Shown here piece by piece: positions 26,720 to 35,529 of a DNA stretch of 64,000 nucleotides. The notes below the pieces were generated by a model. The model saw nothing but the letters and a program-made list of their open reading frames with translations, ran no database searches and had not been told where the DNA came from. The DNA lies in the IMG/VR virus record IMGVR_UViG_3300035696_000024, positions 1 to 64,000 of that record, one strand, 5' to 3'. Every line of letters starts with the position of its first letter. The stretch's first letter is position 1. The position numbers and the translations under genes are program-made. Origin of the DNA: a virus.

Positions 26720-28114
26720 ATGGAAGAAACGAACAATCTCAAAAAATACGGTAGTGAATTTCAATCTAAGTGTGTGGCATCATTGGTAACAAACCAGTTG
26801 TTTGTAGAACAGATTTTTGATATTCTAACCTCTGACTATTTCGAGTCGGATGCAAATAAATGGATAGTTCAACAGATTATGGATTATTTTCTGAAATATA
26901 AATCATGTCCAACTCTTCAAGTATTTGGAATCGAATCAGAAAAAATAAGAAGTAATGTATTGAAAGCTGCTGTAATTGAACAACTTAAAAACGTTTATAC
27001 CAATTATATTGAGTCACAGGATTTGAAGTTTGTGTCGGAACAATTTTTGGAATTCTGTAAGAATCAGAAAATGAAAAATGCAATCATATCATCAACTGAT
27101 TATTTGAAGTTGGGTGAATATGACCAGATTAGAAGAGTGGTTGACGAAGCATTGAAAGCTGGTATGGAAAGAAATATTGGTCATGAATATCATGTGGATA
27201 TTGAAAAACGTATGTCAGCAATGTGTCGTGATACAATCAAGACCAATTGGGAAGAAATTGACAAATTGTTGGATGGTGGTTTGGCAAAAGGAGAACTTGG
27301 TTTTTTTGTTGGGCCTGCTGGAAGTGGTAAGACGTGGTTCTTGACTAGAATTGGTGCAGAAGCTATGAAAGCTGGAAAAAATGTAGTCCATATTACTATG
27401 GAATTAAATGAAAACTATGTCGGTTTGAGATATGATAGTTGTTTTACTGATATTGACTTTCAAGATATAAGGATGCATATTGATGAAGTTAAGAATACAA
27501 TTAACTCCATTAAAGGAAAATTATTCATAAAGTATTTTCCAACAAAAACGGTAGCTTCACATGCTATTAAAACATATGTAGAACGCATTCAAATGCTAAC
27601 AGGTAGTAAAATTGATTTAGCCATAGTAGATTATGCGGATTTGTTAAAACCTGCCGTGGAAGATAAAAACGCAAATTCTTATAGTGAAGGTGGTTCTGTA
27701 TATGAAGAACTAAGAGCCGTTGCTGGTCAACTTCAAATCCCCATTTGGTCTGCGTCACAAGCAAATAGGAGTGGTCATGAAGCTGAAACTGTTCAGGCTC
27801 ATAATGTTGCAGACTCTTACAAAAAAATTATGACAGGGGATTTTGTTGCAAGCATTTCCAGAAGAATGGAGGATAAATTAGCTGGTGTTGCACGGGTTCA
27901 TATAATTAAAAATCGTTTCGGTGCGGATGGAATGAGTTGGCCTACAGAGTTTAATGCAAGCAAGGGAACTATTAAAATTCTTGACCCTACAAGTTTTGAA
28001 GGTAAAAAATGTTTGGAAAAAATGAAAACCGGTGAGGATAAACTTCAAGATGTAGTAAGAGATAATTGGAATCAAATCAAGAAAAATCGCCGTCCAAGTG
28101 TTGATGATGAATAA
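26720..28114 (+). CDS. replicative DNA helicase (T4 gp41/DnaB-like)
   Basis: GGLAKGEL, Walker A GPAGSGKT, ITMELNE, IVDYADLL, WSASQANR and KNRFG. Confidence 0.92.
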   Translation: MEETNNLKKYGSEFQSKCVASLVTNQLFVEQIFDILTSDYFESDANKWIVQQIMDYFLKYKSCPTLQVFGIESEKIRSNVLKAAVIEQLKNVYTNYIESQDLKFVSEQFLEFCKNQKMKNAIISSTDYLKLGEYDQIRRVVDEALKAGMERNIGHEYHVDIEKRMSAMCRDTIKTNWEEIDKLLDGGLAKGELGFFVGPAGSGKTWFLTRIGAEAMKAGKNVVHITMELNENYVGLRYDSCFTDIDFQDIRMHIDEVKNTINSIKGKLFIKYFPTKTVASHAIKTYVERIQMLTGSKIDLAIVDYADLLKPAVEDKNANSYSEGGSVYEELRAVAGQLQIPIWSASQANRSGHEAETVQAHNVADSYKKIMTGDFVASISRRMEDKLAGVARVHIIKNRFGADGMSWPTEFNASKGTIKILDPTSFEGKKCLEKMKTGEDKLQDVVRDNWNQIKKNRRPSVDDE

Positions 28115-28256
28115 TTGAACAGCGCTGTTTTCTTGTACCCATAAAAAATCCAAACCACAAAAAATAATTTTATTTCTTAACACGGCTTAACACTGTTTTA
28201 GAAAAATGAAATCCTAATTATTGCTCACGTAAACGAGACAAAAAATTTTAGGATAT

Positions 28257-30920
28257 ATGAATGAAGATGATATGGTAACAAAAAAGACGGACTTCAATAA
28301 GATTACAACAAGATACGAAGATGTAAAAAAACAACCCACAAACGAATATTTTAATGGGAATGAATTTTCCATAGACGCCTTTAACAAAAAGTATTCTGCG
28401 ATAGACGATGAAACTTATGTTCAAGCGTTGAAACGAGTTTGTGATTATGTTGCTTCGGTGGAAAAAACAGAGGAACTCCAAAAATTTTGGAGTGAACGAT
28501 GGTTTGATGAAATTTACAATGACTGGTGGCACCCAGCAGGTTCCATTATGCAGGGTGCTGGAACATATCGTAAAATTTCCCTAGCTAATTGCACAACGAT
28601 TTCTCTCGGCGCACTTCGTGATGGAGAAGAGTGGGACAGTCTTGAAGCTATCATAAAAAATACGGCTTATACAGTTGCAAAATGTGCAGCTTATCGCCAA
28701 GGATTGGGTGTAGATTTTAGTCGTCTTCGTCCAAATGGAACAAGAGTTTTGAATAGTGCCAATAAATCTACAGGTGCTGTTCATTGGATGAAACACATTG
28801 ATGGTATTGGTTATTCTGTTGGTCAGAAAGGCCGTATTCCTGCAATGTTATTTTCTTTAAGTATTAATCACCCTGATGTTGAAGAATTTATAACCGTTAA
28901 GAGTGATTATACAAAAATTCAAAATGCAAACATATCCGTTCAACTTACGGAAAAGTTTTACAAGGCGGTGGAAGAAGACAAGGATTGGGAATTATCATTT
29001 GAAGTTCCTGCAATCAAGAGAGGCGACAAGGTTTACATTGATGTCCATAGCATAGACATGGATACCAAAACCGACAAGGATGGTAGATTCTACAAGATTG
29101 CTACTCATGACAAAAAAAAGGAAGTGTTTTCCAAGGTAGTCAAAGCTCGAAAGTTGATGGAGTTGATTGCGAAGAACATGTATCAAAATGCTGAACCGGG
29201 TATTCAAAATATTGACATCGCTAGAAAATATTCCAATTCAGATTACATGTATGACCCGAAAGATGAATATGACAGTCGCATAATCGGAACAAATGCTTGT
29301 TCAGAACAGTATCTCAGTCGTGAATCTCTTTGTGTTTTAGCTTCACTTAATGTTGGCAGATTTTCAACTCTACCAGAAGTTTATGTTAAACAACTCGAAC
29401 GGATTGGCGTGTCCATGAATCATTTTTTGGATAACGTCAATGAATGTGAATTGGTGTATGAAACTTATGCGACTCCACATCAACGATTAGCAATTCAAAA
29501 ACTTAGAAGAACGGGGGCCGGTGTCACCAATATTGTTGGTTGGTTGTTTAAGAAAAATCTTGCGTATGCTACCAAGGAAGCCAACGATGCTTTTGAAGAA
29601 TTTATTAAACTTTTTAACTACTGGCTTTATTACAGTTCAGAAATGAACGGAAAAGAAAAAGGTAATTTTGGTCTTTTTGACAAAGAGAAATGGAAGTCCT
29701 CCCCGTTTGTTCAAAGAGTTCTTGAGGAATCAATTAAACTCCACGATAAATATGGTGTTCCCGTTCTTAACGGGAATAGTGCTAGAAATGTGACCAACAG
29801 TTCTATCGCACCAACGGGTACTTTGAGTTTGATGTTCAGAAATTTGGTTATGAGTTACGGTATTGAGGCTGCTTTCTTTCTTTATTTTTGGAAGAGAACA
29901 AGAATGGAAGGTTCGTACAAGTATTATTTCAATGTTCCAAAGGTTGTCAGAGATGTGTTCGAAGAATCTGGTATTCCGATACCTATGAAATCTGATACCA
30001 TCCGTGATGAATGGGATGGTCGTAATGGAAAACCGATAGCTGAATTTATAGAAAAAAATATAAGTAAGGTGGGTATTAAATTCAAAGCTTCAACAGAAAT
30101 TGATCCTATGGATAAACTTGAATTTATGTCACAAGTTATGAAATGGGTAGATTCTTCCATATCAACTACTTATCTTCTTCCGATTGATTCTGATTGGAAA
30201 TCTGTTTACAAATTTATTTTAGCCTCTCATGCAAAAGAGGTAAAATCTATTGCAGCATTTCCAGATAAAAAAATGTATGGTATTGTTTCCAACATTGCAT
30301 TCAGAGATTTAGCGTTTAAATTGAAAGAAGAAAACATTGGGATACACCATCAAAATTTTTCCGATGAAGAACTTAAAGAATTGAATCTGTCCCGCCAAAA
30401 AATCAATACTGGTTGTGTTGATGCTCCCGAAAGGCTTCCAATATTGGATGCAGATATTTATGTTGTAAATGTTAAAGGGGAAAAGTTCTGTATTGCTATA
30501 GGTCTTCAAAATGGACAACCTTACGAAATCTTTGGTGGTCATCTTAACGGTCTTAGCCTAAAATCCAATTTTAAGAAAGGTAAAATTTCCAAAGTAAAAC
30601 ATCGCCAATATGCGTTGGAAATTGATGATATTCTTATTGAAGATTTTAGCAAGCAATTTACTCCAACCGAACAAATCATGTTCAGGCTTGCGTCCACAAG
30701 TTTGCGTCACGGTGTTCCAATCCAGTTCATAGTTGACCAACTGCAAAAAGCTACAGAAGATATTACTTCAATGGGTGCTGCTGCTGCCAGAGTGTTGAAA
30801 AAATACATCAAAGATGGTGAAGTTGCACGAGGTCAAGTGTGTCCAAGTTGCGGTAATGGATTGGTCTATCTTGAAGGATGTGTGTCTTGTACAACATGCG
30901 GATGGTCCAAGTGCGCTTAA
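28257..30920 (+). CDS. nrdJ: class II (adenosylcobalamin-dependent) ribonucleotide reductase
   Basis: 887 aa with SLANC, GVDFSRLRP, NANISV, EPG, TNACSEQ (thiyl Cys), SIAPTGTLS and DSSISTT. C-terminal TSCPD-like region and CPSC..EGCVSCTTCGWSKC. No NrdB gene is adjacent. Confidence 0.88.
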   Translation: MNEDDMVTKKTDFNKITTRYEDVKKQPTNEYFNGNEFSIDAFNKKYSAIDDETYVQALKRVCDYVASVEKTEELQKFWSERWFDEIYNDWWHPAGSIMQGAGTYRKISLANCTTISLGALRDGEEWDSLEAIIKNTAYTVAKCAAYRQGLGVDFSRLRPNGTRVLNSANKSTGAVHWMKHIDGIGYSVGQKGRIPAMLFSLSINHPDVEEFITVKSDYTKIQNANISVQLTEKFYKAVEEDKDWELSFEVPAIKRGDKVYIDVHSIDMDTKTDKDGRFYKIATHDKKKEVFSKVVKARKLMELIAKNMYQNAEPGIQNIDIARKYSNSDYMYDPKDEYDSRIIGTNACSEQYLSRESLCVLASLNVGRFSTLPEVYVKQLERIGVSMNHFLDNVNECELVYETYATPHQRLAIQKLRRTGAGVTNIVGWLFKKNLAYATKEANDAFEEFIKLFNYWLYYSSEMNGKEKGNFGLFDKEKWKSSPFVQRVLEESIKLHDKYGVPVLNGNSARNVTNSSIAPTGTLSLMFRNLVMSYGIEAAFFLYFWKRTRMEGSYKYYFNVPKVVRDVFEESGIPIPMKSDTIRDEWDGRNGKPIAEFIEKNISKVGIKFKASTEIDPMDKLEFMSQVMKWVDSSISTTYLLPIDSDWKSVYKFILASHAKEVKSIAAFPDKKMYGIVSNIAFRDLAFKLKEENIGIHHQNFSDEELKELNLSRQKINTGCVDAPERLPILDADIYVVNVKGEKFCIAIGLQNGQPYEIFGGHLNGLSLKSNFKKGKISKVKHRQYALEIDDILIEDFSKQFTPTEQIMFRLASTSLRHGVPIQFIVDQLQKATEDITSMGAAAARVLKKYIKDGEVARGQVCPSCGNGLVYLEGCVSCTTCGWSKCA

Positions 30921-30979
30921 TTTTAATTTTAGTGTACATTTTTTATATTTATAAGTCGGTGTAAAGTTCTAATCACAAA

Positions 30980-31360
30980 ATGATAATTGATGAAACATTA
31001 TTAAATGTAATTCCACCGTTGATAGCAGCGGTGCTGACATATATTGTCGCTAGTAAAAGGGCTCGTGCGCAACATGCGAAACTTATAGCGGACATTCAAT
31101 CACACGCCATAGAGCAAGTTCGTTTAATCGAAGAGAAAATGAGGGAAGAAATATGGGTGGAATTGCGAAAAGTTCAAAAAGAAAACGCCGAATTCAGAAA
31201 AGATATGGAAGCTCAACGCCTCGAAATTGATGATTTGAAAAAACAACTGGAGGCAGCAACAAACCTTCGCGTAACTCTTACTGAACAGGTTCATTCATTG
31301 GAGAGATTAGTAGAAACCTATAAAACAAGAATTGTTGAATTGGAAAAAAAGGAAAAATAA
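30980..31360 (+). CDS. membrane-anchored coiled-coil protein (holin-like candidate)
   Basis: N-terminal TM helix and a long heptad coiled coil. TATTTATA at 30946-30953. Confidence 0.6.
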   Translation: MIIDETLLNVIPPLIAAVLTYIVASKRARAQHAKLIADIQSHAIEQVRLIEEKMREEIWVELRKVQKENAEFRKDMEAQRLEIDDLKKQLEAATNLRVTLTEQVHSLERLVETYKTRIVELEKKEK

Positions 31361-31371
31361 TATACTGTGTT

Positions 31372-31707
31372 ATGAGTTTGATGGAGAATATTCGGAAAAT
31401 GTTTTACCGACCAAAAGTGTTTTTAGTTGATGAAAATGCAAAGGGATGTAAGCATCAAGCGGATGCTATTCGTGCAATGAATGTGGATGTGGATACTTTC
31501 ACGGATTGCAACAAATTATTGTATGTTCTTCATTCCTGTAAAACTCAAAAATATGCGGCGGGTATTATTTGTGAAAATGGTAGCAAATATAGGCCGCAAG
31601 TTTTATCTAATTTTATAAAGGATATAGACCCAAAAATTCAACTCATTATTTATAAAAATGGAGAAGAATTAAAAGAAGATGCAACTAAAATATTGTCTTT
31701 GACATAA
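31372..31707 (+). CDS. hypothetical protein with degenerate receiver (CheY-like) pattern
   Basis: KVFLVDEN...AIRAMNVDVDTFTD...LL...IICE...IKDIDPKIQLIIY follows the beta/alpha pattern of receiver domains. Confidence 0.5.
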   Translation: MSLMENIRKMFYRPKVFLVDENAKGCKHQADAIRAMNVDVDTFTDCNKLLYVLHSCKTQKYAAGIICENGSKYRPQVLSNFIKDIDPKIQLIIYKNGEELKEDATKILSLT

Positions 31708-31727
31708 TCCGCCCATTCAGTTATAAT
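31699..31727 (+). promoter_or_regulatory. consensus sigma70 promoter, probably leaderless
   Basis: TTGACA-17nt-TATAAT ending 8 nt before the ATG at 31736. Confidence 0.8.
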
Positions 31728-31735
31728 CATTTCGT

Positions 31736-32515
31736 ATGTCGGAAGAAAAGTATTTTGACGCTGAAAAAGTAGTTGTCAGAAAAATAGATAAGGCTGTTGC
31801 AGAAGAAATGATTGTAAAATATCACTATTCTCATAAATGGTCTTTGTGTCAGGTTGCATATGGTGTTTTTTACATTACTGATAAGCAATGCAAATTTTTC
31901 AATGCGGTGGAAGAAAAACTTATCGGTTGTATTGTGTTTGGTCAACCTGTCGGACGTTCTGCGGCTGAATCTGTTTCAAAATTAATAAACGTTTATGAAG
32001 TTTTTGAACTTACCAGATTGTTTATTCATGATGGATATGGAAAGAATATTGAAAGTTATTCAATAGCAAAATCTTTGGAACTTGTAAGGAGAGATTTTCC
32101 ACAAATTAAAGCAATCATTTCCTATGCAGATGGTGAACAGGGTCATAAAGGAACAATATATCAAGCATGTAATTTTTATTACCAAGGAAATTCATCCTTA
32201 GCTTTGATGCCAAATTATTCTGTTTCCTTGGTGGGTCCGCCGTATCAGTGGATACATTCTAGAACAATTTCATCAACATACGGGTCACATAACGTGGAAC
32301 ATTTAAAGAAAAAAATAGGTCATACATTTTGGCGGAAAAAGGAGTCTTCAAAACATAGATATGTTTTTTTGTTGGGTAGTAAAACAGAAAGAAGAAAGAT
32401 ACTAAAAAACCTTAAGCATCCCTTCGAATCAATCTACCCGAAAGATACAAGTCATACGGATGAAATAGAGGAAATTACGGTGGATACTCCGACAGAAAAT
32501 CAGTTCTTTGGGTGA
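31736..32515 (+). CDS. Mom-family GNAT-fold DNA adenine modification protein
   Basis: IVKYHYSH, LIGCIVFG.P, FELTRLFI, KNIESYSIAKSL, AIISYADGEQGHKGTIYQACNFYYQG and KHRYVFLL. Confidence 0.8.
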   Translation: MSEEKYFDAEKVVVRKIDKAVAEEMIVKYHYSHKWSLCQVAYGVFYITDKQCKFFNAVEEKLIGCIVFGQPVGRSAAESVSKLINVYEVFELTRLFIHDGYGKNIESYSIAKSLELVRRDFPQIKAIISYADGEQGHKGTIYQACNFYYQGNSSLALMPNYSVSLVGPPYQWIHSRTISSTYGSHNVEHLKKKIGHTFWRKKESSKHRYVFLLGSKTERRKILKNLKHPFESIYPKDTSHTDEIEEITVDTPTENQFFG

Positions 32516-32536
32516 AATATCCATATTTATAGTAAT

Positions 32537-34111
32537 ATGGAGCACAGTTTATTAATAGACAGAGAAAGAGTAATACAAGGTAGTGGTATTAGTGGAAGAA
32601 TAATTGTCGCACTGCGTTTCACAGAATTAGAGGCTACCAGTTTTGAACAGGCCATCGAGAATTACAATAAAACATCACCCAATAAAAATTTGGTGGTCGC
32701 ATTTATTGATTCTCATACAGGTGAAACCATTAAAGGGCCAAAATATGATACTACAACTCAATCTTTGGGTAAATATAACATAAAAAAATTTTTAGAGCCG
32801 GGAGTAAAGCAACAAGCACCAATAGAACCATCACAACACGAACCGAGAGATAGATTTGATGAATGGGGAAAGAAACCAAGATATAGAAAGCAAATTGTAA
32901 TTAAGAAAAAATTATTAGGCGGATATTCGATTATTGCTTATGGTGCAGACGGTAAGATAGAAAATAATGGGTTATTACAGTTTATTGTAGATACACCTCG
33001 AAAAGCTGCAGTAACAGCTAATCATTTACATGATAGATACAAGTGGCCTATTGTAGATTTAACCAGAGAAACAATTGCGAAGATGTCAGTATGTAGGTTG
33101 TGTGCTGATGAATTTAATAACGACGAAGAGTTATTCATTCATTTACACAAAGTTCATCAAGTGCCAGATAATGAAATATTAAATAACGGTTTTTGGGTGA
33201 ATATAAATAAACTCATAAGTAATCATCAATATCTTCGTCAACATTTGCCAAATAAAATAAAACCTATGAATGAAATCAATAAATTCAGAAATATGATCAG
33301 AGAATGTATCTCTGAAATCAAAAAAGAAAATGACCCAAAGACACGTCTCAAGGAATCTCTTCGTAATGTGGTCAAAGATGTTTTAAGTGAAATGAGCACT
33401 CTTACGACCAGCGGTAAACCAGACCAAACCAAGGATGAAAAAGAAGCATCGGACAAGCAATATTTTAAAGACCCCAATCCAAGACTTAACAAAACCAATG
33501 TCAAACAGCAAACTGAACTGGACACACTTGTTAAAGGCATTGACCCTTCATGGGAAGCCTATTGGGATGACCATCAACAATTGATAGTCCGAGCGCAAAA
33601 TCTTTTGTACATTCGAATTTGTCAAAGATTTGAAAATAGTTACGATGTGGATGCTATGGTTAAATTAGTTGATAGAGTTCGTGCCATTGCCCTTACATGG
33701 GACCAAGTCAAAGCATTTGTTAAAGCAAATTTCAGTGATTTGAAGAACAAGACCATTCCCGATAAGCAAAGGGAAAAAGCTATCAATAATTACGATGACA
33801 AGGAAGTAATTAAGAAGGATGCTGGACCGGAAAAGGCCAAAGTTGGTGTCAGATATCAAGACCCAAAACACGGCACAATTAAAGACACCAAGAAAGATGA
33901 CAAAGACTATAATGAACCCCAAACAAAGAGGGATGAGGATATGCCTGACCAACCGATGAAACAGGTCACAGAACCCGGTAAAGACCCTGAATCTAAAAAT
34001 AAGAACATCGAAAAAACGCCCAAGGTCAAACCACCTAAACATAAGAATGACAAGACGTTAAGGGTAAAAGATAAGAAGACTTCCAAATTTGTCTTAAAGA
34101 AGAGAGCCTAA
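32537..34111 (+). CDS. multi-module late protein with C2H2 zinc finger and Lys/Asp-rich tail
   Basis: 524 aa. TATTTATA at 32524-32531, CRLC..F.....L..H....H finger, and IRECISE and VKDVLSE motifs. Confidence 0.7.
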   Translation: MEHSLLIDRERVIQGSGISGRIIVALRFTELEATSFEQAIENYNKTSPNKNLVVAFIDSHTGETIKGPKYDTTTQSLGKYNIKKFLEPGVKQQAPIEPSQHEPRDRFDEWGKKPRYRKQIVIKKKLLGGYSIIAYGADGKIENNGLLQFIVDTPRKAAVTANHLHDRYKWPIVDLTRETIAKMSVCRLCADEFNNDEELFIHLHKVHQVPDNEILNNGFWVNINKLISNHQYLRQHLPNKIKPMNEINKFRNMIRECISEIKKENDPKTRLKESLRNVVKDVLSEMSTLTTSGKPDQTKDEKEASDKQYFKDPNPRLNKTNVKQQTELDTLVKGIDPSWEAYWDDHQQLIVRAQNLLYIRICQRFENSYDVDAMVKLVDRVRAIALTWDQVKAFVKANFSDLKNKTIPDKQREKAINNYDDKEVIKKDAGPEKAKVGVRYQDPKHGTIKDTKKDDKDYNEPQTKRDEDMPDQPMKQVTEPGKDPESKNKNIEKTPKVKPPKHKNDKTLRVKDKKTSKFVLKKRA

Positions 34112-34137
34112 TACATACCCCATTTATTGCTTCACAA

Positions 34138-34165
34138 GAAACCGTGCTTTTGCACGGTTTTATTT
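34138..34165 (+). terminator. rho-independent terminator
   Basis: AAACCGTGC-TTTT-GCACGGTTT followed by TATTT. Confidence 0.75.
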
Positions 34166-34169
34166 GCGG

Positions 34170-34330
34170 TTGACTTTGTTATGTGGTTGTGGTAAACTTA
34201 TGTATGAATAAAAAAATACAGAACATATTGCCGTGGATAACGTTATGAATATCGCTAAACCATCAATAAACTTTTTTTATTCAAAGAAGTATAAATAGAT
34301 ATTGACAAAACACGCTTTTTACAGTACAGT
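34170..34330 (+). promoter_or_regulatory. two sigma70-type promoter candidates
   Basis: TTGACT-17-TAAACT (34170-34198) and TTGACA-17-TACAGT (34302-34330) upstream of 34382. Confidence 0.5.
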
Positions 34331-34381
34331 GCTTAACTTATAAGGCTCTGAATATGAGAGAGCAAACAAGAAGGTATAATT

Positions 34382-34783
34382 ATGAGTATTAGAAAAACAC
34401 AGCGAAAAAATAAAACACGACAGGTCATAGCATGGCCATCACACGATTCATATTTCACCATTGACAGTTTGGTGGAAACAAATCCTCACATGCTTACTTC
34501 GTCAGGTTCGGATATAACTCTTAGAGTTCGTCTGAACAAAGCTATAAGTGATGAAAATTTGGTGGCAATAGTTGGGCAAAAAAATTGTGGAAAAGGAAGA
34601 CCACAGTTGGTTTTTGCTATGCGACCCGTCAAACAGACTGCCATTGATAAAGCGAAGGCTGATGGTATTTCCTTGGATATGCCAAAAATCATGACAGTAA
34701 TGGAAATTTCCACGCAGTCATCACCAACTTCCATTGTAACACCTGTTACAAACATAACATCGAATCAAGGCGTCAACGCTTAA
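34382..34783 (+). CDS. putative winged-helix DNA-binding protein
   Basis: FTIDSL...ITLRVRLNKAI..NLVAIVG...KGRPQLVF matches a wHTH wing pattern. Confidence 0.55.
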   Translation: MSIRKTQRKNKTRQVIAWPSHDSYFTIDSLVETNPHMLTSSGSDITLRVRLNKAISDENLVAIVGQKNCGKGRPQLVFAMRPVKQTAIDKAKADGISLDMPKIMTVMEISTQSSPTSIVTPVTNITSNQGVNA

Positions 34784-34818
34784 TAAAACAACCACCGATA
34801 TCTTAAAATATCATACAT

Positions 34819-35013
34819 ATGAAAAGGAAAAAAGTTGCGAAACGAAAATCGCGTCTAATAGACTTACATATGTATGGTATTTTTGATGTCAAGAAAAACA
34901 CAATTATCAAAATTAGTCTTGACCCCGCAGAGATACAAATGGAAGTTGCTCTTTCGGGTGGATTAAATGAAAATCTTATCGAATGTGAGTTTGATGTTAA
35001 GTTAGCGATTTAA
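34819..35013 (+). CDS. hypothetical protein
   Basis: 64-aa ORF. Confidence 0.45.
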   Translation: MKRKKVAKRKSRLIDLHMYGIFDVKKNTIIKISLDPAEIQMEVALSGGLNENLIECEFDVKLAI

Positions 35014-35515
35014 CACCCTTTCCCTTGTAACTCATAAAAAGTTTGAAAGACTTTTTGACTGCAACATCTTCCTTGTAGTAGAAGATGGTTGCTAAATTAT
35101 TAATTTTGTTTAATACCGCTTGAATTTTTTGATTTGACCCATAAGATAAAGGCATGTCAAATCTATCGTCAAATAACACGGACAAAACAGTGCTAATTTT
35201 GAAATGATGATAGAAGAGTTTGTCTTTTTCCATATAATGATATCTTAACGGCGCTTTTCGATGTTTTCCTTCCCCCTTAATTTCTATATATTTTTCAGGT
35301 CCCTTTTCAAAAAACATACGAGAATTCAATTCGTAGTAGAATACAAAAGAGTTTGGAGGAAGTTTGACCGATTTTATAATAGCTATGGAACCTATTATAA
35401 GAGGCATGTCCATTTTTATATCAAATAGAGCATATTCTGTATCACTGATTCTAAAACAATGGTAATACTTTGGAATTTTTATAGCTTCTTTATCATTGAC
35501 TTTGTTCTCAGGCAT
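34997..35515 (-). CDS. hypothetical protein with internal duplication
   Basis: Two copies of Y.H.F.IS.....LFD...DMPL..GS. TACTTATA element upstream on the minus strand. Confidence 0.65.
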   Translation of the reverse strand: MPENKVNDKEAIKIPKYYHCFRISDTEYALFDIKMDMPLIIGSIAIIKSVKLPPNSFVFYYELNSRMFFEKGPEKYIEIKGEGKHRKAPLRYHYMEKDKLFYHHFKISTVLSVLFDDRFDMPLSYGSNQKIQAVLNKINNLATIFYYKEDVAVKKSFKLFMSYKGKGVKSLT

Positions 35516-35523
35516 AATACACT
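35496..35523 (+). promoter_or_regulatory. sigma70-type promoter, probably leaderless
   Basis: TTGACT-16nt-TACACT ending 6 nt before the ATG at 35530. Confidence 0.5.
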
Positions 35524-35529
35524 ATAAGT

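Noticed and set aside
26720-30920. Inteins in the helicase or RNR
   Set aside because: Lengths are normal, with no C/S...HN-C/S/T splice junctions or LAGLIDADG blocks.
34204-34248. 14-codon ORF (MNKKIQNILPWITL) behind the promoter at 34170
   Set aside because: Too short to support without conservation or expression data.
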